DNA of 63,075 bases, filler included, from Vannella sp. (lineage: Eukaryota): the NCBI GenBank assembly GCA_023345925.1. It is 5 parts of 5 records of this genome, joined end to end, with 100 filler letters (N's around TTAATTAATTAA, not from the genome) between each part and the next. Parts side by side here need not be neighbours in the genome. Positions count along the whole stretch, not along the records: positions 9,700 to 40,385 come from JAJQQN010001351.1; 4 more parts are not named here. The stretch is one strand, 5' to 3'. Within the stretch, counting starts at the first letter, position 1. Each line of letters opens with the position of its first letter. This document shows, in pieces, positions 22,653 to 34,451 of this stretch. Made by a program: the position numbers and the translations under genes. Under the pieces are notes generated by a model, which made no database searches, had not been told where the DNA came from, and saw nothing but the letters and a program-made list of their open reading frames with translations.

Positions 22653-25600
22653 TTATTTACTTTTCAAGTGCCCCAGTAACTCTTGAACTCCTTCCACGGA
22701 TTGATGAAGGGTTTGAGCGATTGCAGCTTGATTTTCTGAGGAGAGGAAGAGAGAGAACTGCGCCAAATAGTCTCCATCAATGACGGAATGGAAGAGGGGA
22801 GGATGTTGGGGGGCGTCTTCTCGTGTGTCCATTGCGTCCGTACTCCGTGGTCGACCAGCTATTGAATGCTGGTTTTGTAAACGTTGTTGGAGGTCAACTT
22901 CTCGCGAACCAGCGAGAGGGAGCTCGGGAAGCATGATTTGGAACAACTTTTTGGCAAGAGCGAAGAGTTTTGGCTCTTCCACTGTTGTCAAGACCATCAA
23001 AGTGCCAAATACAGAGCCTAGAAGGAGCTGTCGAGATGGTGGATGGAAACGGAGCATGGATATCGGTTCTCCAGCGTAGTACGTGCTAACCAGCTGGAGC
23101 TGGCCATCACTAGGGCGGATGTGGACGAAAGAGAGGCTTCCTGAAGCGTCAGACACGACAAAGTGCTCGCCAGAAACAGAAGCAAAGTCACTGGCGAATA
23201 CCACTTGCCGAGGAACTGAGAAGGACCCAATCTGCTTCATATCACTCTCTCCTCGTCCAATCGCAAAGTCCACAACATAAGTCGACTCGAACGCACTCGA
23301 AATGAGCAAACGGAACTGTGCGCCGTGCATTTGGCCGTCCTGCACAAAGTGTGCCACACGCTGGAGATGGAAACTGACACAGAATTCATCCAAAGTGATC
23401 GTTGGAGAGCAAAACGGAGAGTATTTGCATTCCATAATTCTCGTCATTTGACTTGCAGTTGCGCGCCAGCGATACGCGGAGACTTCGCGAGAAGTACAAC
23501 AAAGTAATAAGCCGTATGCAGAGGATAGTTTCACCGGCAGCTCCACATTACATTCACCCAAGACCAAGCGGCAGCGCTCTTCCATTTTTGCGTTCCTTTC
23601 ACGAGTTACAGAAAAGACAACGAGGGTCGCCATCATCTCGCATGTTGCAACCAAGACAACGAAGCTTTCATCTTGAATTGTGTGGTCAAAGAGATCGTGA
23701 ACTTCCTTGATGTCTTCTGGGAGAGCTGAAATGTTCTGTGGGAGAGTCAGCGATGCAATTTTGAGTGCAAGTGACTTACTAAACAGCAAAACGCGTTGAG
23801 ATCGAATGTTTCAAAAGCAAAGGCTCCTTCTCGCTTGTGCAGAGTGACAATAACAGAATTCTTTGGACTAACACAAGAGATAAGGCATCCACTCCCTTGC
23901 ATGACAGAGCCCACCCGCAAGGGGGCCATATCTAAGATTGGTGGAGAGACTGCTGCAGTAACCACCCTCATCGTGGAAGGATGAGGCCATTGGATAGTTC
24001 CCAATTTGAGATAAGATTTGGTGCTTAGAAGAAAGAGGGGCTGACGTTCACCGCATTGCTCTTCCATGAATATGCAGATGCTTTGTACTGGCTCAACCAA
24101 GTCCATCGGATAAACGCTAAAAGCAAGTCAGTACTGGAGTTCATGAGGAGAGAGACTTACAGGATACGTTGGTTTTGATAGCATTCGAGAATCAAGTTAG
24201 AGTCTGAAGATAAGAGCACGTGAGCAACAACCCCTAATTCAACTCCAATCTCTGGCGTTGGCAAGAGAGAGGGAAGTTTGAAGAGCTTTGCTGATTTTGA
24301 AGCGGAGTGTCCAGCAAAATGCTGCCTCATCACAGAATCTGGTAAGAACTTGATTCCACCAGTAATATTGATTGTCACACTGAGTATGGACCCGTCATTC
24401 AGTCCCAGAAGAACTCGTAGAGTGTCTATTTGATTCCCAGTATGATTTGAAAGCAGAATAAGTGATTCTACGTCAGGCATCTTCGATCCTAACGGCAAAA
24501 TAGCCAAGACTGAGAGGGAAGGTACACTCAAAAGGACGAGGCTCTGGGACTGCCGCAGAGCTATCACCATTAAGGCCTCCACTTTCTGTCCTACTAGTTT
24601 GGATGCTTCTTCAACCGTTGGAGCCGTTGAAGATGGCCCATTGGCCTGTGCGTCCATGCAAATATCGTCCCAAATATCGACCATTGAGTCCTCTTCTTCA
24701 AAGCCATTAGGCTTGGCATCCACAACAGCACTGGTCTCAGGCTGGTCCACAATATGTTCTTGTGATAGCTCCAGCTGTAGAGCCAGAACGTCCCAACAAT
24801 TGACAGAGTCAGAGAAGGTCTTTGTCTGCTCCAGTTTCATCGCAATTTTCTTCAAACGGTTGTTCGAAACGCCAAGAGAGGGAACCTCACACGAGAGGAG
24901 GTACATTGTGCTGTTGTTCTGCATCACACAGAGATATCCACACACGGACAAAGCTAAGATAAACAGATTAGACGAGAGAGAGTCCTCTGGAGGGCGCCAA
25001 GAGCTCAGTTGGGCGCCTGTATACCGATTAATAACATTGACTTGGCCTGAAGCAACTTGCACGACTATTGGGACAGACAGGGAACCCACAAATATTGACT
25101 TTTTCGATTCTTCAAAGCCTCGCAAAGAGGAGCTCTTCGAGAGATTATCTGGGATTGAAAGGACATAAGTTGAATCTGTGCTGAGTGTCAAAACCACAAA
25201 CTCATGCCATAATGGCTCCGTTCCAGTCTTGCTAGCATTAATGGAAGCCAGAGCCCAGATATTTGTGATGTTAGGTTGTGAGTAACTTGCTAACTCGTGA
25301 AAAGGCGCTCGGCTTTGAGCCAAGCGCAGCTCAGAAGGGCTAGACCAAAGAAGGAAGTCTGATAAGGGCCGATCCTCTTCTAACATAGCAGAAGGTACGC
25401 CAGGAGCTTCGGCCAAGAACCCTGGAGTATGAAGATAACACTGTCGTAAAGGGCCCAGGCTCACTAACGGTCTGATTGGACTTAACCGCCGACCTGGAGC
25501 CTCGTCACCGCTGATTGCAATCTAATCAGAGTCAGAAAAGCCATCCAAGGTACAGCAAACGTACAATCCACGAAGGGCCTCTTTCCATAGCCAAGAGAAC

Positions 25601-27271
25601 AACATGAGAACCATATTTTGATCCCGTTCTCCAGAAAGAGCAAACCGGCACTAATCGGAATAAGCCCAAGTCAGGAATAGCTGGTCGCCCCAAAAGGCAA
25701 TGGGAGATCCGGTTAACAGTGAAACGGTCTTTTTCCAGCGTTAAAAGCAGTAAAATCATCGCCCCCTTTGCCTCAGTCAATATCATGAATTGTCACATCA
25801 AGTGAAGCGTACAGTTTGGTCGGCTAGTAAGTAGCAATCTTCTGAAAGGGCGATACAGTCCAATGGCGCTGCATTCAGTTCGATTGGGAGGGACTTTGTC
25901 TTGCTGTTATGGAAGAACTTGATGTCCTGCTTCCCAAAGCAGAGTAGTCTATCACAAAGAGTCAGCGTATCCTTTTCTTACTCTCTGAACTCACCCATGA
26001 TTGGAAGTGGATTGGAGAAGGCACCCCGAAGGGACATTCACTGTTGAATAGTCATCTTTGGTCAGGTTTGTGTGGAGAAAGAACTTGACACGGCAGAGGA
26101 TATTGGAAGGTTCCAAGGCCAATGGAAAGAGGGCTATGATGAGGTAGAGCGAGACAAACTCTTCCTGAACCAAAAGTCCTCCACAACTTGTCTCTGTCGC
26201 TGAGAGCTCTTGCCTTGGGTTCTGGGGATTGTTGATTGATCCCCACGGTGAGTTTGGTGTTGATACACCGTTTAGAGGCTTTGGAGAGGATGAGTTGAGG
26301 TAGGGGGACGAAGGCGATCCAGTTTGGTACCCCGGACTGATAGGTGACGGAGCACCCACTGCACTGAAAGCTGAAGACAGTAACGGCGAGGATGGAGATG
26401 GAGAGAAGGAGGATCCAGCCCCAGAGAAGGAGCTCATGTAAGGAGAGCCGGTTCGGTCAGCAGTTGGAAGATTGCCTTGTGAGCCTTTTCGGCCTCCTAC
26501 ACGGGGCTGAGAGGAGAAAGAGAAGTCTGTAATCAACCCCTGTTCCACCTCAAATGACCATTGACGAGCTAGAAGCCCTTCAGGACAGAGAACGCCTCGC
26601 TTCTCATCAAATGACAGTTGCGCAGTTCCCAGCTTGATCAGCTTGACCAGACGTGTTCCAGGAATGACGACAGTTACAAACTCTTGATCGGGATGTACCT
26701 TAATCCTTCCTAAAGCCGCCTGCCGAACCAGTTCGTCCTCTCCACCAACGGAGCTACTCCATAGGAGCTGCAAACAGCGGCGTGCTGGATCAAAGCAGAG
26801 GACTGAGAGCTGGAGATTGAGTGATAGAAGACATAGCAAATCAACTGGAAGGTGCCCTGGTGACAGCACGGCCATGTCCACGACGGGACAGAGCCGAGCA
26901 TGAAGTTGAAGGTGGATCTGGTTGCATTGACGCAGGTAGAAGGACTCTCGGCGGTTCTGCTTGCTGTCTCCTTGAGGAAGTAGTTCAAACAGCTCTAAAG
27001 CACGGCCACGGTTCACCAGAAGATGCGTTTCCTCCACCGAGACGAGGCGAAGGCGCACCGCTCCGAGCACCTTACTAGGCTCGATCAGCGTACTCTTACT
27101 CCACAACAGAACGTCTCCATTCTGTTCCACCTCTTCCTCGTGATGTAAATCCTCCTGGTGGAGGCCCTTGAACGGCGAATGGCCCAAAACGCCAAACTCG
27201 CCGTCCAGCCCCGTCCAGCTCATCGAGGGACCAGCAAATGACCCCTTCCCGCCCATTGCCCGGCGTGCCAT
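22653..27271 (-). CDS. Divergent DDB1/CPSF1/SF3B3-family beta-propeller protein, multi-exon
   Basis: N-terminal HLLVNRGRALELF..DLLCLLS; C-terminal LLGSVFGTL and VIDGDYLAQF (CPSF-A tail). Confidence 0.7.
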
Positions 27272-27465
27272 TTATAATATAATTCAATCTGTGGCCGGTG
27301 GACACTCCTGGAGTGCCGAGGACAGGATTTGAAAAGGGCGGGAAAATGAAGGCGGCTCGGTGATGGTCCTTCTGGCCTTCGATTTGGCATGGTAGAGGTG
27401 TTGAATGGGTAGTTGCACTAGATGGGAGGAGTCATGAGTGGCTGGTGTACACGAGGGAGGCGTCT

Positions 27466-28485
27466 TTATTGGGAGTGTTGGAATTTTTCTTTCCAAGTTA
27501 GGCACTGTTGCAGGGTTGTATTTCCTCCACACACAATCACAACTGTGCGCTTGTTTTGGAAGAGATGCTTGTTCTTCAGGAGACCTGCAACGGCTGCTCC
27601 ACAAGAAGGATCGACCAAGACATGTTCGTGGTCGAGTAAACCAAACAGAGCCGCGACTGCCTCAGCATCAGAGACCAGGAACGGGTCTTCTAGGTTCTCA
27701 GTAAACAATTGGAATGTCTCGGGGGAGCCTGTGCTCGCCCCCAATGTGGTTGCTATGGAAGTGATGTTCGGGAGATAGACCAATTGACCTTGTTTCCACG
27801 ATTGGTAGTAGTAATCTGCTCCCTCTGTCTCTACAGAATATATGGCGGTAGTCTCCTTCAACCCAGCTGCTCGAATGTACGAGATAATGCCGGAGAGCAT
27901 GCCTCCCCCACCCAAAGAAGCTACAATGGCATCAGGTAGGCTCCCGCTCATCTGCTGATGTATCTCCATTGCGATAGTGCCTGCTCCTTGAATGATCCAT
28001 TCGTGCAGAAAGGCATGAATGTAGCAAGCTGAAACTCCTTCCGCTTCTTGTTCTTTCACAAGAGCAAGAGCAGCCTCATGAGAGTCTTGCCAGCACTCTC
28101 CTTCAATCAAGAGCTTGGCTTGATAGTCTTCCTCGAACAGAACGCGCTTCTCCTCGGAGAAGGAGACTCTTGGGAGAACGACTGTACAAGGAACTTGCAC
28201 CTTCTGACAGGCCACAGCCACAGCCATACCGTGATTCCCTCCACTAGCAGTTACTACACTGGAAGGGAAGGCGCCATAAACCTCGCGATAGCGGTATAGA
28301 AAGTGGTTGGCCCCGCGCAACTTGAACGAACCACCCTCATGGAGTCCCTCAAACTTGAGGAACACCTCTCCCTCCACCGCCTTAGAGAGCCATGGCGACC
28401 GCCGCAGCTGAGTCTGTTCCACTCCACCTTCCCTGACCCTTTCCAAAACCTCCTTCCAGTCCTCCATCGGCCACTCCAACTGCAT
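27466..28485 (-). CDS. PLP-dependent L-serine/threonine dehydratase
   Basis: LKFEGLHEGGSFKLRG, ASGGNHG, LGGGGMLSG, VIVCGGN. Confidence 0.9.
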   Translation of the reverse strand: MQLEWPMEDWKEVLERVREGGVEQTQLRRSPWLSKAVEGEVFLKFEGLHEGGSFKLRGANHFLYRYREVYGAFPSSVVTASGGNHGMAVAVACQKVQVPCTVVLPRVSFSEEKRVLFEEDYQAKLLIEGECWQDSHEAALALVKEQEAEGVSACYIHAFLHEWIIQGAGTIAMEIHQQMSGSLPDAIVASLGGGGMLSGIISYIRAAGLKETTAIYSVETEGADYYYQSWKQGQLVYLPNITSIATTLGASTGSPETFQLFTENLEDPFLVSDAEAVAALFGLLDHEHVLVDPSCGAAVAGLLKNKHLFQNKRTVVIVCGGNTTLQQCLTWKEKFQHSQ

Positions 28486-28618
28486 CCAATCGCCACCAAA
28501 TGCTTTAAACCCTCTTTTGCAGGCTTTTTCTGCATGTTTCGGTCACAACTATCGTGTCTAGAGGCTCAGGAGTTGACACAAAGCTGAATGAGAGCTTCCC
28601 CTTGTTTGGGTCCTCAAG

Positions 28619-28673
28619 AAAGTGAAAAAATGAAATCAGTCCAAAAGCTTATCCTGAAGAGATGGAGGTCATC
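28619..28673. repeat. Dispersed repeat A, copy 2
   Basis: Matches 1825-1879. Confidence 0.9.
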
Positions 28674-28771
28674 CCTCGTAGATTTTCTCAAACCACTGTG
28701 GACAAGGTTGAAACCTCTAAACTTGATCGGGGCCTTTACCAATGAATAAGAATGAAATGATGGTATTTGTA

Positions 28772-29773
28772 TTATTGTCGGGTCATGTAAGTGGAGTACC
28801 AATTGTGGGCCAGAGGCTTCAGGAGAACATTGTCCACAACATCCATGTCGCGGAAGGGGATCTTGCAGTCCATGAAGAGGGCGTGAAAGTCTTGTTCCGC
28901 TGCAATGAGCATGGTGGAAGGGATCTCTTCAATTTGATAGTTTTCCACTCCCTCCTTTGGTGCCACCCCAAAGCAGGTCCATTTGAACTGCTACTCCCAT
29001 GAAGACATCAGCCATTGCTATCTTGTTGAACCAATGAGTGCTCTTACATCGCTCCGTAGCTCCTGAACAAGATAGTTGATGAATGGGAACTTGTCGTTGC
29101 TTGAACACGTCAGTAGCTGACGAGAACCACGTGGGAACCGCTTTGACTCACTCTGCTTCACCCATTCCGTTGACTGTGGAGCCGATCGGGAGGTTCTCTG
29201 TGTGGGTGAGGATGGTGACATTCGCCATCGAGCGAGTAGAGGAGCGCTCCATCGCTTCGAGAACTTGGGAGCTGTAGAACTTCTCTTGCCAAAGCTTGGG
29301 TTTGATAAAGGTCGCTCTGGGAGTTTCCACACGCATGATTCGTCCTTCATCGGTCCACTAGATCATCGTGAGCCCTTGTTCTAGTCCACAGAGAGCACTC
29401 CTACCTCCAACCCGAAGCTCTTGATGGCACCGTTCATCAGATAGATGGGAAGGCTCTTCCTAATACCTGGATAAAAGGCGTTGCCCGTTGCAAAGATCTT
29501 CCCCAGCTGCGTCAGCTCCCCGTCCCACCTCAGGACTCGAGGGCACTCACCATCTGCTTAAACTCATCCACTGAACCATCTACGTTGGCAGCTTGAACGA
29601 TCCGCTTCCTGTGGTAGAAGGACTTGTTCATCCCGTCGCCAAGAAAAGAATGACGAGAAAGCGGTCTTTCAGAGAGGCGATGAGGTTTTATGTACAACTT
29701 ATACACTTCTACAATCACCGAATCAACCAACTCGGCCTTTTGACGTGTTTCTAGCGGGGTCACGTGATCAAGG
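28772..29773 (-). CDS. Hypothetical spliced gene, start uncertain
   Basis: Short ORFs can be joined in frame by four GT-AG introns; no recognised domain. Confidence 0.5.
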
Positions 29774-29852
29774 CTGGTCAGGCTGATTGGTGCATTTGGT
29801 GGTCATTTTAGAGTCCTTTGGGTATTAGAGCTTAAGGGCACCCTTACCAGGG

Positions 29853-31320
29853 CTACTCTGTACTGGGATCAAACTTCCCTGCGTCACAAAGGGCACATCC
29901 GAGGGCGAACTCCTCCCCGTTAGGCGGATGGGCGATCTTCAAAGGACATTGTTCAACACCTGGACAAGGAGGAACCTCCTGTTTCAAGTAGCCTTGGTGA
30001 GAGCCTTGTAAGAGCTTCCAAGCATTCGCATGACACTCTTCGCAAAAGTGCGTGTGTCCGAAGCAGAAGTATGAGGCTGGCGTGCAGCAGAACCTACACT
30101 TGTACACCATGTGTGCGTCTTTGTGTGTCTCGCAGTGTCCACGGCACCCACCACAGACCAAGTCTTCCGGTGACACTTTGCCTCCTTCTCCGCACACTCT
30201 GGTCCCACCAAAGTAGATAGACTTGCACGTATGACACTCGTAGAAGTTCCATCGCCTCAGCGCTTCGTCGAGGAAGTTGTTGCTCCCCTCCACATGCTCA
30301 ATGATAGCTCCTTCTCGCTGTACGGTGGAGGCCACTTGGATAGAAAAGTGCTTACGTAATGAAGATACCTCTTGCAGAAGCTCGTTATCGTCCCATGTCT
30401 TGAAGAATGCGGAGATGTTCTCGCTGCAAACTGTACAGCGGGAGAATTGGAGGCTGATCTCTGGTGTGCTCCACCTGTTCGATAGCCTCTGGATTACACA
30501 TTCGTAGTGGAATACATGGGAGCACTTCAGACGAAGGATTGGAGCGTTCTTCAAGCGGTTGATGCCGCACATCTGGCAGTCGTCGTCCAAGTTGACTCCT
30601 CTGGCGTTCTGTGAGCACTCATGAAGCCCTGAAGAGGATCTAAACTTACTCTGTACAATCAGGATGTATACAAGGTGGGCAGCTGCCCAAGTGGTTCACT
30701 GTACATTGCTTCTGATGGTGACAAGGATACACTCCGTCGTGTGTGGAGGTCGCCTTGTCCCCACAGTCATCGCAAACGTTCTCTACTATCGTATTGATAT
30801 TAGTCCTTAACTTGATGAGCTGCTCTCTAATGGCAGTGGGGTCCTTGTCGAGCATCAACTTGTCACAGAAGCGGCAATGTACCGAGCTCTCACTTGCCTC
30901 ATACTCGCGACAGGTGTAACCCTCGTGGTACGGGGACTTCTTACAGTCTGCACAGAAGTCTTGATCGCACTTCCGGCAACGGTGTCGGAATTGCTGGTAG
31001 TGCGAAAGTGCCTCTTCTGATGGAGCGTCTCCATTGGGCAGAAGAAGACTTCTCCTATCACCTGGACCAGTGCTCTCGAAGAAGAAGTCGCACTGAGGGT
31101 TAGGGCACGCTATGAGGTTGGTGCAGTAGCTTGCGAAGAAACTTTGAAGAGAAGAGGACCGCTGAAGGGTTGGACTTTGAACCACAATCCTCGGCGACTC
31201 GAGTTGAGCAGTGAGATTGATGGGAGGTACCCAATGTTGGGTATCGTTCTCCACAGGCACTTCTACAACGTCTCCCGTTGTGTCCACATCCAACATCGCC
31301 ACCTCCAAAAAGAATGCCAA
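29853..31320 (-). CDS. MYCBP2/Highwire-type RING-Cys-relay E3 ligase with N-terminal IBR-like Zn domain, 2 exons
   Basis: C..C..CSHVFHYEC RING-H2, YFGGTRVC, YKCRFCC..YFCFGHTHFCEECH, CPLKIAHPPNGEEFALGCALC. Confidence 0.88.
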
Positions 31321-31385
31321 AATGCCGTAGAATTTGGAACATCGCTTAAAAAAGTTTTTATAATGGCAAACTCCTTCATTTTCTC

Positions 31386-32744
31386 ATGGCGTTGGACTGG
31401 CACTTGGAGACGGAGAGTTTTGTGGAGTTGCTTGGCCGCCTTGTGGGGGAAGGTGAGGCACTTCAGAACTGGCCTTCTGGAGGCTATATTCCGGAGGAGG
31501 ATCGAGCTGCTGCTCACATCTTGGAGCGGCTCGTACCGTTCTCTAGCCAGCAAGGCGGGGCGATCTCTGTGGAGCACATTCACATCAATCCTGTGAAGCA
31601 TCCCAAACGGGGGAACATCATCCTTCGATACCCAGCAGAGGCACCTTTAGATGCACCTTGCATCTCCTTTGTGGGCTCTCACCTCGACGTAGTGTTCGCA
31701 AACCCAAAGGATTGGGAGCGACATCCTTTCCAGATGACCCGAGAGGGCGACAAGGTCTTTGGACGTGGAACCACCGACTGTTTGGGACACTGCGCGCTTC
31801 TCACTCACCTCTTCCTCCAGCTGGCCAAGGAGAAGCCGGATTTGAAGGGACTACGAGTGATTGGCGTCATTATCTGCGACGAAGAGGCTGGTGGCTCCAA
31901 AGGGGAGGACATGGTTGGAGTAGAAGGACTACAGGCTGGCAAGTACCTTGATGACCTGATCCACGGACCAGTCATCTGGCTTGATTGCGCGGACAAGCAA
32001 CCAAATGTGGGCAGTGGCGGGATGGTTCAATGGTCTTTGACAGCTAAGGGCAAGCTCACTCATAGTGGCTTCCCTCACAAGGCTGTGAATGCAGTGGAGC
32101 TTGCCAGCGACGCTCTACTAGAGATCCAGAAGGACTTCTACGAGGCATTCCCCGTTCACCCGCAGGAGTCCGTGTATGGCTTTGAGAGCACGTCTTCCTT
32201 CAAGGCTACGAGAGCTTCTATGCCTGATGGAGGGATCAATCAGATCCCTGGGGAGTTTACGATGCAAGGCGACGTCCGTTTGATCCCATTCTATCGCATT
32301 GAGAAGGCTGTGGAGGTTCTCAAAGCTTCTGTTGAACGCTTGAATCAAGTGGAAGAGCTGGAACGGCTACAAGGGAAGAGAGGACCCAACAGCAAGTATG
32401 TGGTGAGGGATGAGGACGGTTCTGTCACCGTAAAAGGCTCCTTGGACATTCAGTTCTTGTGCGACCCAGTGCAAGGTATCGCCTGCAGCCTCGATTCTCC
32501 TGGGTTCAAAGCGATTGCCGCTGCCACGGAGAAGATTGTTGGTCACGTCAAGCCCTTGGCGGACACTGGAACCCTTCCTCTGGTTGCTGAGCTCAAAGAT
32601 GCCGGGTTTGACGTTCAAACCATTGGCTATGGCGTAGAAGACGCCTACCACGCTGACAACGAGTTTGCATTAGTCTCTGACTTTGAACAGGGCTACCAAG
32701 TCCTCTGCCACGTCATCAGCGCTCTTGTCCCACTCAAACTCTAA
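31386..32744 (+). CDS. M20 family acetylornithine deacetylase-like enzyme
   Basis: GSHLDVV, GRGTTDCLGH, DEE, GKLTHSG, NQIPG, YHADNE. Confidence 0.92.
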   Translation: MALDWHLETESFVELLGRLVGEGEALQNWPSGGYIPEEDRAAAHILERLVPFSSQQGGAISVEHIHINPVKHPKRGNIILRYPAEAPLDAPCISFVGSHLDVVFANPKDWERHPFQMTREGDKVFGRGTTDCLGHCALLTHLFLQLAKEKPDLKGLRVIGVIICDEEAGGSKGEDMVGVEGLQAGKYLDDLIHGPVIWLDCADKQPNVGSGGMVQWSLTAKGKLTHSGFPHKAVNAVELASDALLEIQKDFYEAFPVHPQESVYGFESTSSFKATRASMPDGGINQIPGEFTMQGDVRLIPFYRIEKAVEVLKASVERLNQVEELERLQGKRGPNSKYVVRDEDGSVTVKGSLDIQFLCDPVQGIACSLDSPGFKAIAAATEKIVGHVKPLADTGTLPLVAELKDAGFDVQTIGYGVEDAYHADNEFALVSDFEQGYQVLCHVISALVPLKL

Positions 32745-32875
32745 TCTATTTCACTTTCCTTGCTTCTGACAAAGGCAGTGGCGGGATGGAGGGGAAGGGG
32801 GAAATGTAAGGGGAAATGCGCAATGGCGAGTGACACGTGGCAGTTCTTCTTGTCCATCAGATCACGTCCTCATCT

Positions 32876-33822
32876 ATGGCTCGAGACCGAACGCAGGACT
32901 TCTTCCAGGTGGCAGAGAGTATGGCTCAGAAGGCTATTCCGGCGGCACCCCGTGCAACCCGCTCGGCGTTCTTGGTATCTGCGAAGCAGATCTCGAGAGA
33001 CATCTACGCCACTCAGGAGAAGCTGGAGAAGTTGGCAAAGCGTACGTATACCTTACTTCTCTTCTTCTCTTACTTACAATGCTTCTCCTGTGAGTCAGTG
33101 GCCTCGTCAACGTCCCTCTTCAACGATCCAGTCCATGACATCCAAGAACTCACGTATATGATCAAGAAGGACATCGCAGCGCTCAATCAGAAGCTTGAGA
33201 GCGTCAAGACAATGTCTTCCAAGTCCAACAAACAGTCTCAACAGAACTCAGAGAACGTTGTGGGCAACCTGAGCCTAAAACTCCAAGGCGCCACCAAACA
33301 GTTCCGCACAGTGCTTGCTACTCGCTCTGAGGTGCGTCAAAGTGAACCCTTCAATCGAGAGCTAACCAATGCGCACTTGGATAGAACTATAAGAAGCAGC
33401 AGGAGTCCAGAAAGCAGTTCACAGGGAAGCACAATCTCACCAACCGAAAGAGCGACATGGGAAGCGCTCTCTATCAGCCTTCTAGTCAAGGTGAAGTAGG
33501 GAACGAGCAGATGCAGAGTCAGCTGGCACTCGAACCCCTTCGGTTTGACGGACAATCGCGCCTGGAAGCTTTACAGGACATTGAAAGGACGATGAATGAC
33601 TTGAACAAGATCATGGTAGATATCTCTGTGATGGTGGACGAACAAGAGCTCGTCATGGAGCGCATTGACACAAACGTGAACGATTCCCTCGTGCATGTGA
33701 GCCGCGCACAAAATAGTCTTTTGAAGGTTCTGGAAGGAGTCAGCTCAGACCGTGGCCTCATCTTGAAGATGTTCTTTATTCTTGTGGTGTTCATCATCAT
33801 CTTCTTCCTCTTCTTTGTCTAA
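32876..33822 (+). CDS. STX5: Syntaxin-5 (Sed5) Qa-SNARE, 3 exons
   Basis: MARDRTQDF N-peptide, SLFNDP..IQELTYMIKKDI, SNARE motif, C-terminal TM. Confidence 0.92.
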
Positions 33823-33835
33823 AGAGTGCCCCTAT

Positions 33836-33871
33836 CTTGTATCCAGTCTTGTATCCAGTCTTGTGTCCAGT
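33836..33871. repeat. 12-bp tandem repeat x3 (CTTGTATCCAGT)
   Basis: Seen directly after the syntaxin stop; one mismatch in unit 3. Confidence 0.85.
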
Positions 33872-34206
33872 CTCTCATCTCTCAAGGGTTGCAACGTTGA
33901 ATCAAAGTCGCAACCAATCGAGATGCTCTCCCACCTGAATGAGAAAACATCTACTCTGTTCAGCCAGAGATGCACGAAGAAGCGGCTCAAACGTGCAGAG
34001 AAGGGAGAGCGTTGGTGGGTGGCTATTGCCGTTCTCTAACGTGCACAACTGAAGAAAGACAGAGCATGAATGCCCTGACCGAAACCAGACCGGAGATCGG
34101 GGTTTTGTAGGACACACGAGCAACTCCGCTGTTCGATTGGACGGTCCCAGCTAGTCAATCAGTTTCCTCCAATGGGATGGCGAGTTACCCTTGGCTCCGT
34201 CAGTGC

Positions 34207-34292
34207 CATTTCCAGTAGTAAATCTTCAAAATGAGGAGATTTCAGCTGGAAAGAGGCGAGACCCCTTGTGGGGCTCTTTCCTCACTGGAAAT
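34207..34292 (+). repeat. Dispersed repeat B, longer structured copy
   Basis: 62 bp shared with 14982-15043; bounded by ATTTCCAGT/ACTGGAAAT inverted repeat. Confidence 0.85.
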
Positions 34293-34451
34293 CTTCGATG
34301 TTCCCTCTCTTTCTTCCTCCCCTTCTTCGATGTTCCCTCTCTTTCTCTCGGCTTTGATGACGAGCAGAAGAGCGCAAACATCCTCTCAAAAAGCTCCAGA
34401 GGGTGCTGGGAGAACCAAAGAACATTCTTTGGTCTCCTGGCTCTCTGGGCG

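Noticed and set aside
34191..34451. Shared peptide FPVVNLQNEEIxAGKRRDPL in two ORFs as a protein motif
   Set aside because: It is the translation of DNA repeat B; the ankyrin gene more plausibly starts at 34452.
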